Shown: piece after piece, positions 12,750 to 25,439 of the stretch
How positions within the stretch are numbered: the stretch's first letter is position 1
How the letters are laid out: every line of letters starts with the position of its first letter
Origin: Octopus sinensis
Lineage: Eukaryota
Assembly: GCF_006345805.1 (NCBI RefSeq)
Contig: NC_043004.1
Coordinates: forward strand, 97,464,001-97,528,000
Reading direction: 5' to 3'
DNA: 64,000 nucleotides
The notes under the pieces: generated by a model
What the model was told of the DNA's origin: nothing
The model's database searches: none
Seen by the model: the letters and a program-made list of their open reading frames with translations, nothing else
Position numbers and translations under genes: made by a program

Positions 12750-13463
12750 CCTGTGGAAGAGGTAGACCCAGGAAGACCTGGGATGAGGTGGTGAAGCACA
12801 AACTTCACACATTAGGCCTCACCGAAGCAATGACTAGGCACCAAGACCTTTGGAAATATGCTGTGCTTGAGAAGACTTGGCAAGCCAAGTGAGACCATAA
12901 CCTCGAGGACTATGACAGGGGTGTAACCAGCCCACTTATGTGTACCTTTCCTTCACTGGACACTAAACACTGCTTGGGAAAACCTGTTGAGGCAAGTGAA
13001 ATCGAAATCAAATTCGATGGCTGGCATCCATGCTAGTGGAGCCTTAAGAGCACCATCTGAGCATGATCGTTGCCAGAGAAGCTAACTATCACACCATCTG
13101 AGTGTAATCATTACCAGCGTTGCCTTACTGGCACTTGTGCTGGTGGCACGAGAAAAAACATTTGAGCGAGGCCGTTGCCAGTGCTCCTGGACTGGCTCCT
13201 GTGCAGGTGGCACATAAAAAAACACCATTTGGGCGTGGCCGTTGCCAGTACCACCTGATTGGTCTTCATGCCAGTTGCACGAAAAAAAACCCACTATACT
13301 CTCATAGTGGTTGGCTTTAGGAAGGGCATCCAGTGGTAGAAACTCTGCCAGATCAGACTGGAGCCCGGTGCAGCCATCTGGTTCACCAGTCCTCAGTCAA
13401 ATCATCCAGCCCATGCAAGCAGGGAAAGTGGGCGTTAAACGACGACGATGATGATGATGATGA
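12750..13463 (+). mobile_element. RTE-clade LINE 3' end (ORF C-terminus plus 3'UTR)
   Basis: 12752-12892 translates CGRGRPRKTWDEVVKHKLHTLGLTEAMTRHQDLWKYAVLEKTWQAK*; long 3'UTR with internal repeats and a (GAT)n tail. Confidence 0.9.
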
Positions 13464-13464
13464 T

Positions 13465-13508
<44 letters not shown>

Positions 13509-13576
13509 TGATAAGAATGGTAAGACAGCAAAAAAAAGAAAGAAACTTCGATATTATGTAAATAGAGGAATTTATC

Positions 13577-14053
13577 TGTAAATGTAATATGTGACAATTA
13601 TTCGGTAGCCATGACAAAACTCCGAGTTTCAGATGCTGAGGTGGAAAACCACAATGCCATCTCTTCAGTTATCCAGCCATCGGAAAAATGCTATGAAAAA
13701 TTACCATTATACAAAAGGAAATTACTGTGTGATTGACCCTTATTAAGACAAAAGAGCTATTCAAATGACCGCTAAGTAAGGGGATATGTACAGGCGTGCT
13801 TACAAGATTACTATTAACTTTTTTACCCCCTTACTTTACTCCCTCACCTTAGTTAGTGGTCATTTGAATAGCTCTTTTGTCTTAATAACGGTTAATCACA
13901 CAGTAATTTCCCTTTTAATAATGGTCATTTTTCATAGCATTTTTCCAATGGCCGGATAACTGAAGAGATGGTGGCATGGTTTTCCACCTTGGTATCCGAA
14001 ACTTGGAGTTTTATATCATGGCTACCAAATAATTGTCACATATTATATTTACA
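13577..14053. mobile_element. Foldback/MITE-like element with about 205-bp inverted arms
   Basis: 13577-13782 is an imperfect reverse complement of 13847-14053, with a spacer of about 65 bp. Confidence 0.85.
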
Positions 14054-14402
14054 TCATCATCATCATCATTTAACGTCCATTCTCCATGCTAGCATGGGTT
14101 GGACGGTTTGACCGAGGATCTGGGAAGCCAGAAGGCTGCACCAGGCTCCGGTCTTATCTGGCAAAGTTTCTACAGCTGGATGCCCTTCCTAACGCCAACC
14201 ACTCCGTGAGTGTAGTGGGTGCTTTTTATGTGCCACCTGCACTGGTGCCAGGCGAGGCTGGCATCAGCCACGGTCGGATTGGTGCATTTTACGTGCCACC
14301 GGCACGGAAGCCAGTCGAGGCGGCACTGGCTTCGACCACGATTCGGATGGTGCTTTTTACGTGCCACCGACACGGAAGCCAGTCGAGGCGGCGCTGGCAT
14401 CG

Positions 14403-14404
<2 letters not shown>
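14054..14404 (-). mobile_element. RTE LINE 3'UTR fragment
   Basis: (CAT)n tail, conserved terminal ttaacgtccattctccatgctagcatggg; 5' end abuts (TA)n. Confidence 0.9.
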
Positions 14405-14448
<44 letters not shown>

Positions 14449-15855
14449 ATACAGGTATATATATATATATACAGGTATATATATATATATATAGCAGGTA
14501 TGTACCACCTAGATTAGCAAGGTAGGCAGCACCTACCTTGAATAAAATAATTCGAGAGCAACATTTTCCTCTCATGGCAAAATATGCACCTAATTTAATA
14601 AAATCATGAAGGTTGGTCTGATTACTATAAAATCTTATTAGCAAAATGTTTTATTTTTTTGTAGATAAGGTAGGTATAATTCACCACTGATTTTCAATCT
14701 CAGTATTTAAGCTATGCATGGTGCTGCTGTAGTTGACATGCTGCATTCATTTCTACAATACCGTTTTCTTCACGTGCTATAAGGGCGGAAATAAATCTGC
14801 CTTCAACTCAGTCAGGTGCCTGTGTTGTGCTTATTTTTGGTGTATTTAACTACATAAATGTCTCCGACTGCCTACCCTGTGTAATTACTGATGGCACGTG
14901 CCTAATATATATATATATACATAAAGACAGACAGGCAAAGGAAGGCAATATTTCAAAGTGTTCAATTCTTTATTTCTTCACAGTAATTGAACTAAACAAA
15001 ATTCTTTAGAGCTTCCCTCAGAGCCATTTGTTACCATAACACACCATCAAAAGATTCCTTAGATTCTGCATTTTACCATAATTCAAATACACTCTTTTAA
15101 CATATGTTTTAGAAGCTATTTTATTCCTCTTCAAATTGTACAGAATTTCTATCCCATCTTCCTTTGTTTGTTTGTTTCTTCCTTCCATCCTTCTTTCCTT
15201 TCTTCCTTCCTTCTTTCTTTTCTTCTTTCCTTCTTTCCTTCCTTCCTCCCTTCCTCTCCTACTCTCTCTCTCTCTCTCTCTCTATGAAGAATGCGATGCT
15301 GTATATAATTCTTTCTCCCCAGAGTCTGTCCTACCCCAACATATTTAACAAAGCCCTCTTTCTTTCTTTCTATCTCCTTCACTATCTCTCCTCCTCTCTC
15401 TTTCTCTCTATCTCATTCTTTCTATCTCGTTCTCTCTATTTGAAGTCTTACATTCTCTATACAACCCATCTCTCTTCGACTGATTCTCTTTTTCATTTCG
15501 ACACCTTCCTCTCTCCAACTTTCTCATATGTCCATTCTCACACACATACACAAACACACATGATCATTCCCCTCCCCCGATCTCTCTAAAATTTCCTACG
15601 CTGTACAGCCTCTCTATCTCCACCTGTCTGTCTCTTATACACTTAAAACACCACTCACTTTCTCTTACTGTGTATCTAATATAATCGACACCTACCACTC
15701 TCTCTTTCCTGCTCCCTCTCTTTCTCACATTATCTCCTTCCTTTTCGTCTCCCTCCTTGCCTCTCTCTCCTTCTCTCTAATCAACTCTCTATCTCAACTC
15801 TACTTCATTTCCCGCCTCTCTCTCCCTCTTTGACATATTTGTGACTTAACTTTCT

Positions 15856-15937
15856 TTATAATGTATTTAATAAATTCAGTAGTCTCTCCACAAACTCTAT
15901 ATAAACTCCACCTCCCTTTTGTTTCATTTACTCACTA

Positions 15938-15968
<31 letters not shown>

Positions 15969-16180
15969 TGCTCTCTCCTCTTTCTAATATATTTCATAAG
16001 TTCTGTAGACTCCATACAAATTCTATATAAATCCCCATCCCTTCCTCTCTGTCTCTCTCTCCCCCCTTCCATCTCATTCTCTTTCTCCTCCCTCTCTCTC
16101 CCTCTCTTTCTCTCTCTCTCTAATATATTTAATGACTTCTGTATTTTCTCCCCATTAAATCATATATACAACACCTCAAA
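15856..16180 (+). repeat. Second cluster of the tctAATATATTT...TATATAAA motif
   Basis: Copies near 15856, 15983 and 16119 separated by (CT)n spacers; weaker traces at 15345, 15434 and 15675. Confidence 0.55.
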
Positions 16181-16218
16181 TTCTCTGTTTTTCCATTAAC
16201 AATATGTTTTTTACCACC

Positions 16219-16258
<40 letters not shown>

Positions 16259-16596
16259 CTTCCCTCTGTATGTTCCTGCATCAGGGTGAGGTAGTAGTGT
16301 TTTATGACCTGTGCTCTCTGTCTTTGATAAATTCCGTCTTTGATAGATTCTCTGCAAATTAATTTCCTCGGTTATCTTATGGCTATCTTATGGCATCCCT
16401 ATTAATGTATATCTGTTTGTTTAAGTGTATGTGTATGGATGTGTTTGTAGCCGAATCTGTTTATGTGTGTATGTATATGTTTGAATCTATGTGCGTATGT
16501 GTGCATATGTGTTTGTCTCTCTCTCTACTTGTGTGTGTGTATGTGTATGTATGCACATGTGTGTATTTATATGTGTAGCGTGTGATATCTATGTGT

Positions 16597-16982
16597 GTGG
16601 AGGCACAATGGCCCAGTGGTTAGGGCAGCGGACTCGCGGTCATAGGATCGCGGTTTCGATTCCCAGACCGGGCGTTGTGAGTGTTTATTGAGCGAAAACA
16701 CCTAAAAGCTCCACGAGGCTCCGGCAGGGGATGCTGGTGATCCCTGCTGTACTCTTTCACCACAACTTTCTCTCACTCTTACTTCCTGTTTCTGTTGTAC
16801 CTGTATTTCAAGGGGCCGGCCTTGTCACTCTCTGTGTCACGCTGAATATCCCCGAGAACTACGTTAAGTGTGCACGTGTCTATGGAGTGCTCAGCCACTT
16901 ACACATTAATTTCACGAGCAGGCTGTTCCATTTATTCGGATCAACCGGAACCCTCATCATCGTAACCGACGGAGTGCTTCCA
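16597..16982 (+). mobile_element. tRNA-derived SINE family C, near full length
   Basis: A box tggcccagtgg, B box gtttcgattcc, CpG-rich head with tcg at the anticodon position (possibly tRNA-Arg derived; inference). Confidence 0.85.
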
Positions 16983-17727
16983 TCTATGTGTGTTTATGTA
17001 GGTGCGTGTTTCTCTGTATATGTCGTTTTTTAGCCATTACTGTATCAGGTTGCAAATACAGGCATGACCAAGTGATTAAAATGTTTATTTCCAAGTCATG
17101 CAGTTCTGGGTTCAGTTCCAATCTACAGGACCTTGCTCAAATATCTTTTGTCATACTTTCAAGTCAAATCTAAACTATGGAAGGAAACTTAGATCAATAG
17201 AAATTATGGAAGCACATTAGATGGATTGCACTAATAATACAAAACACTAGCATTATCAAATATTTTTACACTGATTTGAACTGCAAATTATCTTCAGGGT
17301 AAATACATCAGTGGAACACTCAGCCACTTATATGTTAATTTAATGAATAAGCTATTTAGTTGATCAAACTATTTAATCCTCATTATAGGAATAGAGAAAA
17401 AAATTCAATCATAATTAACATATATCAGTTACCATAAGTGTATCAGTTACACGTTGTCTGTGTATGAATATGCGTTTGTGTCGGTATCATTGTGTGTATG
17501 TGTGTATATGTTTCTGTCAATTTCTGTGTGTGCAGATGCTAATTTTCATTAAGTCATATCTTTTTTTTCATGCAGGATGTTGTTTCAGTAAGTGTTTGTA
17601 TATTCATTTCTCTCTCTCTCTCTCTCGCTCTCTTTCTCTCTCTCCACACACACACACACACACATGTATATGGCTATGCATGTTTGCATGATTCTGTTTT
17701 TACATTTTGCCTTCCCTCTATATGTAT

Positions 17728-17850
<123 letters not shown>

Positions 17851-18250
17851 TTAATATATAGATAAAGAATAAAATCATTAATGATTTCATAAGGAGGCCA
17901 GCATTCACTGCAGCATTATTTTGCTATATAACCCATGGTTGGAGAGGAAGATGGGAATTCTACTTTACTGTATATGTTTGCAAGTGTATATATATAAATT
18001 ATTGTATGAAGTTGCTGCATGTGTAATTGTAAATTTATACTATGGAATAATGGCAATGAAGATAGCAGTAGGTATAATTTTTTACCTTAAACTTGAAATG
18101 AGATCTTGTACACATTTAACCAAATGTTTAATTCATTATCTTTCTTTTACTGTTTTTTTGAGTTTTTTAAGAGGGTTTGGTGTCACTTGACGTCTATTTT
18201 CAGCACATAGAGAGGCCAATCCTTTGTTATAATTATGTATATAATTATTA

Positions 18251-18323
<73 letters not shown>

Positions 18324-18337
18324 TATATAATATATAT

Positions 18338-18478
18338 GGTGTTAGGAAGGGCATCCAGCGTAGAAACACTGCCAAATCTGACTGGGCCTGATGAAGCCTT
18401 CCGGCTTCACAGATCCCAGTCAAACCGTCCAACCCATGCTAGCATGGAAAACGGACGCTAAATGATGATGATGATGAT
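18338..18478 (+). mobile_element. RTE LINE terminal 3'UTR
   Basis: ggtgttaggaagggcatccagc...ggacgctaaatgatgatg; 5' end abuts (TA)n. Confidence 0.9.
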
Positions 18479-18859
18479 ACTACATATGTGGGAAATTGCG
18501 TTTGTGGGTGTGTTTTATCAATTTCGATGAAACTTGATGCATGAGTAGAACTTGTGTCTAGAAACCTCATGGCATACTCATATTGTTGAAAAATTGATGA
18601 TAGGGCCCCTGGAAAGGATCCTTATATATAGCCAAGAGAAATAACCCAAACATTTTCCTAAATTATTTGGTATAAATCAAATTGAGTATGCTTATTTCTT
18701 AGTATTTGAACTGTTAGAGTTAATTTCCCAATTTATCCGGCACAACCCTTAAACAAGTAAATAGTAGTTTCCTAAACAATAGATCCACTTGTTTCAGTTA
18801 GCGACTTATTCACAAATATACCAACACTAGCGCTCCTGAGGGTAATATTCTCTGAGAAC

Positions 18860-19088
18860 GCGGCGAGCTGGCAGAAACGTTAGCACGCCGGGCGAAGTGC
18901 TTTGTGGTATTTCGCCCGTCGCTACGTTCTGAGTTCAAATCCCGCCGAGGTCGACTTTACCTTTCATCCTTTCGGGGTCGATAAATTAAGTACCAGTTAC
19001 GCACTGGGGTCGATGTAATCGACTTAATCCGTTTGTCTGTCCTTGTGGTCCCCTCTATGTTTAGCCCCTTGTGGGTAATAAAGAAACA
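18860..19088 (+). mobile_element. SINE family B, full length
   Basis: gcggcgagctggcagaaacgttagc head, B box gagttcaaatcc; flanked by aatattctctg(a/g)gaa, a probable target-site duplication. Confidence 0.9.
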
Positions 19089-19410
19089 AATATTCTCTGG
19101 GAATGCACAAAAGACTTTTACAGGGCTACTTTATTTGAATTCAGGTAACTAATTTCATGTTATTACATAAGTAATTTCACAATTTGTGTATTCATAACTT
19201 ATTGGGAATTCTTAAAAACAACATAGTTTGGTATTCTCTGTAAATGCACAAAAGCTGTTTGAAGGGCTACATACTTTGTATTGTTGTTACTGGATTAGCA
19301 AAACATTTAAGAGTATGGGACCAAGGGATAAACTTCACTTTCCCAGGAATTACCGGGTACGTCAGCTAGTATATATATATATATGTTTATATATATATAT
19401 ATATATGTTG

Positions 19411-19449
<39 letters not shown>

Positions 19450-19489
19450 TATATATATCATAATAGACGTAAAAACCACAAACCGGTCA

Positions 19490-19822
19490 TGGGGCCGTTG
19501 CCAGCCTCCCCTGGCACGTAAAAAGCACTATCCGTACGTGGTCAATGCCAGTGCCACCTTGACTGGCTTCCGTGCCGGTGGCACATAAAAAGCACCAACA
19601 GATCATGGCCACTGCCAGCCTCCCCTGGCACCTGTGCCGGTGGCATGTAAAAAGCATTCACTACACTCATGGAGTGGTTGGCATTAGGAAGGGCATCCAA
19701 CTGTAGAGACACTGCCTGATCAGACTGGAGCCTGGTGCAGCTTCCTGGCTTCCCAGACCCCGGTCGAATCATCCAACCCATGCTAGCATGGAAAACGGAC
19801 GTTAAACGACGATGATGATGAT
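19490..19822 (+). mobile_element. RTE LINE 3'UTR fragment
   Basis: Internal ggtggcacataaaaagcacc repeats and a (GAT)n tail running into (TA)n. Confidence 0.88.
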
Positions 19823-20111
19823 ATATATATATATATAGCTATATATATAATTATACCTATATATAGTAAATGAGAGACGGGAGATGGAAGATATGAGAAA
19901 TTTTATTAATTACTACAATTCTGTTGACACATCTAGCATCAATCTCTCACAGATATATATACGTGTGTGTATATGCGTGCATATATTTGTATTTGTGTGT
20001 GTGTGTGTATGTGAGCTGGCCATTTGTATTTCTTTACAACACACACACACACACACTGACATACACACTTACATGCACAAACACAGATACACACATCTAT
20101 ATTTATACAAA

Positions 20112-20132
20112 TATCATCACCATCATCATCAC

Positions 20133-20169
<37 letters not shown>

Positions 20170-20205
20170 TTCATCATCATCATCAACATTATCATCATCA
20201 TCATC
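20112..20205. repeat. (CAT)n tract, tail of a degenerate minus-strand RTE end (to about 20480)
   Basis: Visible repeat followed by cctttaatgtc...gccatactggcatggg. Confidence 0.75.
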
Positions 20206-20647
20206 CTTTAATGTCTACTCGCCATACTGGCATGGGTTAGACAGTTTGACTAGAGCTAGTAAGCCAGAGAACTGCATCAGGCTGCAGTTGGCTTATTTTG
20301 GCTTGGTTTCTCTGGCAGGATGCCTTTCGTAATATCACACACTCTACAAAGTGTACTAAGTATCCTTCACATGTCAGTAGCACGGATATCTTCTGTGTGT
20401 CAGTAGTAGCACAGAAGCCTTTTACACGGGTGCCTTTTACGTGTGACCAGTATGGGTGCCTTTTGCATGACACTAGCACTAGCCACAACCACAATTTCAT
20501 ATCTATATTTGTATGATTGTGTATGTTTGACTGGTCCTACATATATATATGTGTATATGTATATCTGTGTGTGTGTGTGTGTCTTTGTATGTGTTAGGAG
20601 AAACATTCTGTCATTACCATTTTGGGACTCACCATATTTTCCAGGTA

Positions 20648-20799
20648 TGACTGAGAAGTGAGAAGCTTGCTTCCCAACCACATGGTTCCAGGTTCAGTCC
20701 CACTACTTGGCAACTTGTGCAAGCATCTTCTACTATTGCCTTGGGCTGACCAAAGTCATGTGAGCAGATTTGGTAGATGGAAACTGAAAGAAGCCTATC

Positions 20800-20800
<1 letters not shown>
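20648..20800 (+). mobile_element. SINE family A 5' half
   Basis: aaccacatggttccaggttcagtccc...gaaactgaaagaagcc; an RTE copy sits in its internal (TA)n and the 3' half resumes at about 21450. Confidence 0.8.
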
Positions 20801-20834
<34 letters not shown>

Positions 20835-20835
<1 letters not shown>

Positions 20836-21432
20836 CATCATCATCATTATCATCGTTTAACGTCCGCTTTCCATGCTAGCATAGGTTGGACGGTTCAACT
20901 GGGGTCTGGGAAGCCCGAAGGCTGGACCAGGCCAGTCAGATCTGGCAGAGTTTCTACAGCTGGATGCCCTTCCTAACGCCAACCACTCCGTGAGTGTAGT
21001 GGGGGCTTTTTATGTGCCACCGACACAGGTGCGAGACGAGGCTGGCGAACGGCCATGCTCGGATGGTGTTTTTTTGTGCCACCGACACAGGTGCCAGACG
21101 AGGCTGGTGAACGGCCATGCTCGGATGGTGTTTGTTACGTGCCCACAGCACGGAGGCCAGTCGATGCCGTACTGGCTACGGCCACGTTCAGATGGTTTTC
21201 TTATGTGCCACCGGCACTGGTACCACAAAAATACAAATTCCATTGATGTTCATCGATTTTGATTTGATTTGATTTTCACTTGCCTCAACAGGTCTTCACA
21301 AGTAGAGTTATGTGTCCCAAGAAGGAAGGTATGCACAGGTGGACTGACTACGTCCCAGGTAGGGGCCATGGGTTATGGCCTCACGTGTCCTGCCGGGTCT
21401 TCTCGCGCACAGCATACTTCCAAAGGTCTCGG
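20835..21432 (-). mobile_element. RTE LINE 3' end
   Basis: Reverse strand: RDLWKYAVREKTRQDT*, then a 3'UTR with about 60-bp tandem units and a (GAT)n tail; (TA)n on both flanks. Confidence 0.9.
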
Positions 21433-21449
21433 TAAATATATATATGTGT

Positions 21450-21665
21450 GTGTGTGTGTCTTGTGTCTATTTGTACCTCACCATCACTTGACAACCAATG
21501 TTGGTGTGTTTATATCCCCATAACTTAGCAGTTTGACAAAGAAGGCAAATGGTATAGGCTTACAAACACTAAGTCCAAGGTCCAATTTTGTTGACTAAAA
21601 TCCATTAATGCAAGTACTCCAGCATGACCGCAATCAGATGACTGAAACAAGCAAACATAAAAGAA
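21450..21665 (+). mobile_element. SINE family A 3' half (degenerate)
   Basis: cacttgacaaccaatgttggtgtgttt...gactgaaacaagcaaac. Confidence 0.7.
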
Positions 21666-21904
21666 TAAATGAATATATTTGTCTAATTTTCTTTCTTCGT
21701 TTGTTTACAATTTTTAATTGAAGATGGCTTTTTGTCTACCTTGGTCATTTTCTGCTAAATCTCTTTAGTAAATCTTGTTTGTTGATTGTGATGCCATCAA
21801 TGTTCATGTTATTTTTAGATATTTTTGATGATGATGATGCTTTTTTAAAATTATTTTTCACTTGTTTTCTGTTGTCTTTTTATTGGTCAAGATCATATTT
21901 TTGT

Positions 21905-22001
21905 TTTAGTAGTAGTGATAGTAGGTATAGTAATAGTGGTGGTGGTGGTGGTGGTGGTGGTGGTAGTAGTAGTAGTTGTTGTAGTGGTAGTAGTAGTAGT
22001 T

Positions 22002-22034
<33 letters not shown>

Positions 22035-22184
22035 ATAGTAGCAGCAGCAGCAGCAGCTGTAGTAGTAGTAGTAGTTGCTGTTTTTTCATTCTTGATATAT
22101 TTTGCGTTTCATTATTTTTTTAGGAAAAATTTCAGTTGCTTGTTGTTTAATATATGATGAACATTTTAACTTTCATGATGTAGT

Positions 22185-22219
<35 letters not shown>

Positions 22220-22300
22220 TAGTACTAGTAGCAGCAGCAGCAGCAGCTGCGACAGTAGTAGTAGTTGTTGGTGTTGTTGTTGATGAACATAAAATAATTG
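21905..22300. repeat. Compound trinucleotide arrays (TAG/TGG/CAG/TTG)n
   Basis: Directly visible; poly-S/V/L ORFs are artefacts. Confidence 0.9.
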
Positions 22301-22544
22301 AGGCTGTAGTTGTTTTCGTTGTTGCTGTTGTTAGTATTGTTGATGTTGTCTAACCCCAGACCTACATTAGTGAAGCAGACCAATGATCAAAGGCATTCCA
22401 GCAATGACAATCCAACCTCTTTATATTAATTTCACATATTGATTGTCCTTACTCTCCATGAGATCTCCTTTACGATGTCTCTGTGGTGTGTACGCGATTC
22501 GAATATAAAGGCACCTACCTTCTCTTCCTCGTGATGGAGACCCT

Positions 22545-22860
22545 TCAGTGGTAACTAATCCTTCGACACAGCCCCGACCCGAACACTAAAGATAGCAGCT
22601 GCTGCACCCAAACCTTAGCGACGTCTTCACACGTCTTGACACCTCGACGACCCACGTTGGAAAAGGCCGAATTCCCCGCTGCCTGCGCACGCCTAATGGC
22701 TGCCCCTTCTGGTTGCCCCAGCTTCCACTCAACGTACCCAGCTGCTGACGTCAGCCCACAGTCTCAGGACATATTCACTTCCTGTCCCAGGTAGACATAT
22801 TCCTTGACCTTCTTTATTTCATCACTGCCAATTCATGGGTGCCATTCATGAGGTGGTGAA
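22545..22860 (-). other. GC/CpG-rich segment: short RTE-like RT fragment (22770-22832) plus a 72-codon open stretch of unknown origin
   Basis: Reverse strand: IGSDEIKKVKEYVYLGQEVNM (RTE YLG motif), a stop, then an in-frame DCGLTSAAGYVEWKLGQPEGAAIRRAQAAGNSAFSNVGRRGV...H*. Confidence 0.5.
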
Positions 22861-22861
22861 A

Positions 22862-22904
<43 letters not shown>

Positions 22905-22907
<3 letters not shown>

Positions 22908-23377
22908 TCATCATCATTTAACGTCCGCTTTCCATGTTAGCATGGGTTGGACGGTTCAACTGGAGTCTGGGGAGCCCGAAGGCTGCACCAGGCCAGTCAG
23001 ATCTGGCAGTGTTTCTACAGCTGGATGCCTTTCTTAACGCCAACCACTCCGAGAGTGTAGTGGGTGATTTTATGTGCCACCGACACAGGTGCCAGACGAG
23101 GCTGGCGAACGGCCACGCTCGGATGGTGTTTTTTTATGTGCCACCGACACAGGTGCGAGACGAGGCTGGCAGACGGCCACGCTCAGATGGTGTTTTTATG
23201 TGCCACCGACACAGGTGCCAGATGAGGCTGGCGAACGGCCACGATCGGATGGTGTTTGTTACGTGCCCACAGCAAGGAGGCCAGTTGATGCGGTACTGGC
23301 TACGGCCACGTTCGGATGGTTTTCTTATGTGCCACCGGCACTGGTACCACAAAAATACAAATTCCATTGATGTTCAT
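22905..23377 (-). mobile_element. RTE LINE 3'UTR fragment
   Basis: Very similar to the 20835-21250 copy, with one more tandem unit; embedded in (TA)n on both sides. Confidence 0.9.
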
Positions 23378-23385
23378 ATATATAT

Positions 23386-23452
<67 letters not shown>

Positions 23453-23700
23453 CATGTATGTGTGCATGTATTAACATTTTAGTAGCCTCTGCATGCATAT
23501 TTTATGCTGTGCAAGCTATTTTACAGTAACAAAAGTATCTGAATTCTGAGATGTTGCTAATTTTGGTAACTTAAGGCTTATAAAATTCTCTTTTAAGCAG
23601 GTTTTAGTGAAAGCCTGGTAGAGGTACTACTGTCAAGATTACTACCCTTATGCAAGAATTATGATAAAGAAAGCATACTAAATATGATTTTTAAGAATTT

Positions 23701-24120
23701 GCAGGAGTGGTTGTGTGGTAAGTAGCTTGTTTACCAACCACATGGTTCCGGGTTCAGTCCCACTGCGTGGCACCTTGGGCAAGTGTCTTCTACTATAGCC
23801 TCGGGCCGACCAAAGCCTTGTGAGTGGATTTGGTAGATGGAAACTGAAAGAAGCCCGTCGTATATATGTATATATATATATATGTGTGTGTGTGCATGTA
23901 TGTTTGTGTGTCTGTGTTTGTCCCCCTAGCATTGCTTGACAACCGATGCTGGTGTGTTTATGTCCCCGTCACTTAGCGGTTCGGCAAAAGAGACCGATAG
24001 AATAAGTACTGGGCTTACAAAGAATAAGTCCCGGGGTCTAGTTGCTCGATTAAAGGCGGTGCTCCAGCATGGCCGCAGTCAAATGACTGAAACAAGTAAA
24101 AGAGTAAAAGAGTAAAGAGT
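23701..24120 (+). mobile_element. SINE family A, full length
   Basis: Canonical head, body and tail. Confidence 0.92.
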
Positions 24121-24569
24121 TATCAAAGCATCTCGAAACTCGTAGATGTTTACAAACTTTAGCAAAATAGAATTTACTGAATTTTTATGATTTGTCATCA
24201 AATCAAAACAAAACAAAAAGCAAAAGAGTTTTATTTTTTAATAAGTTTTCATTTGATAAAGTTTCTTAAAATATTTTAATATGCTTCCTTTAAACAATTT
24301 TTTTTGTGCAGGAGAGTGGGTTTTGTTGGTGGCTTTTTCTTTTTTTTTACCATGTAAGAGCTTTGTTGCCGCTTTTGTTTTAATCTAATACAAGTTTGAT
24401 TGCCTTTTAGGATGTAACAGATTTTATTCTAGATTTGAACTGCTTTGTTCAGTTTGTTGTTCCATTAAATAAAATATCAATGAGCAAACTCTTCAATTTT
24501 ATATCATGCAATTTTGAAATAAATTATTAATAAATAACACCCATTTTATTCATAAATTATTAATGTCTT

Positions 24570-24753
24570 ACTACTACTACTACTACTACTACTATTACTA
24601 CTACTACTACTACTACTACTACTATTGCTGCTGCTGCTGCTACTAGTACTGCTGCTGCTGCTACTAGTACTGCTGCTGCTGCTACTACTACTGCTGCTGC
24701 TGCTACTAGTACTGCTGCTGCTGCTACTACTACCATTGCTGCTACTGCTGCTA

Positions 24754-24788
<35 letters not shown>

Positions 24789-24821
24789 ACTGCTGCTTCT
24801 ACTACTACTACACTACTACTA

Positions 24822-24869
<48 letters not shown>

Positions 24870-24924
24870 CTACTACTACTACTACTACTACTACCACTGC
24901 TGCTGCTGCTGTTGCTACTACTAC
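24570..24924. repeat. (TAC)n/(TGC)n compound microsatellite
   Basis: Directly visible. Confidence 0.92.
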
Positions 24925-25195
24925 TTAGGTAGCAAGATGGCAGAATTGCTAGCATCCGGACAAAATGCTTAGTCCCATTTCATCCATCTTTATATTCTGA
25001 GTTCAGATTTCACCTAAGTCAACTTTGCCATTCATCCTTTCAGTCTCATCATCACCATCATCATTTAATGTCTGTGTTCCATGCTAGGATGGCATCACAA
25101 GAGCTCAATAAAATAAATACCATTTAAGTATGGTGGTTGATGATATTAACTATCTTTCAGTCAAAAAATTTCAGGTCATGTACCTATAACAAAGG
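24925..25195 (+). mobile_element. Diverged SINE B containing a tiny minus-strand RTE tail (about 25043-25100)
   Basis: gatggcagaattgctagc...ctgagttcagattt...ttcatcctttcag, then catcatcaccatcatcatttaatgtc...ccatgctag, then the SINE resumes. Confidence 0.7.
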
Positions 25196-25439
25196 ATTAT
25201 CTTTGTGTTTTCATCATATAATAATGAAATTAATTGTATACAGTGTTCAGGTGCACCACAACTTGCCAGAAAGTGCATATAAAGTACATGCAGTAATGTA
25301 GAAATGTCTGGAAAGCGAACAATGTATGAGTCAGATACATGTTTGTGTGTGTATGGAGGGGAGAAAAATCAAGTGTAGTGTTGGCGAATCTCAGGAAGCA
25401 TGGAAGTTATTATTAGTAGTACCTAATAAAAAATAATAA

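Noticed and set aside
16597-16680. Possible tRNA gene (also the heads at 39262 and 2860)
   Set aside because: A and B boxes are present, but the sequence runs into a SINE body with no acceptor-stem closure or poly-T terminator
24411-24530. Open frame DVTDFILDLNCFVQFVVP after a ccttttag acceptor
   Set aside because: No credible GT donor before the stop codon
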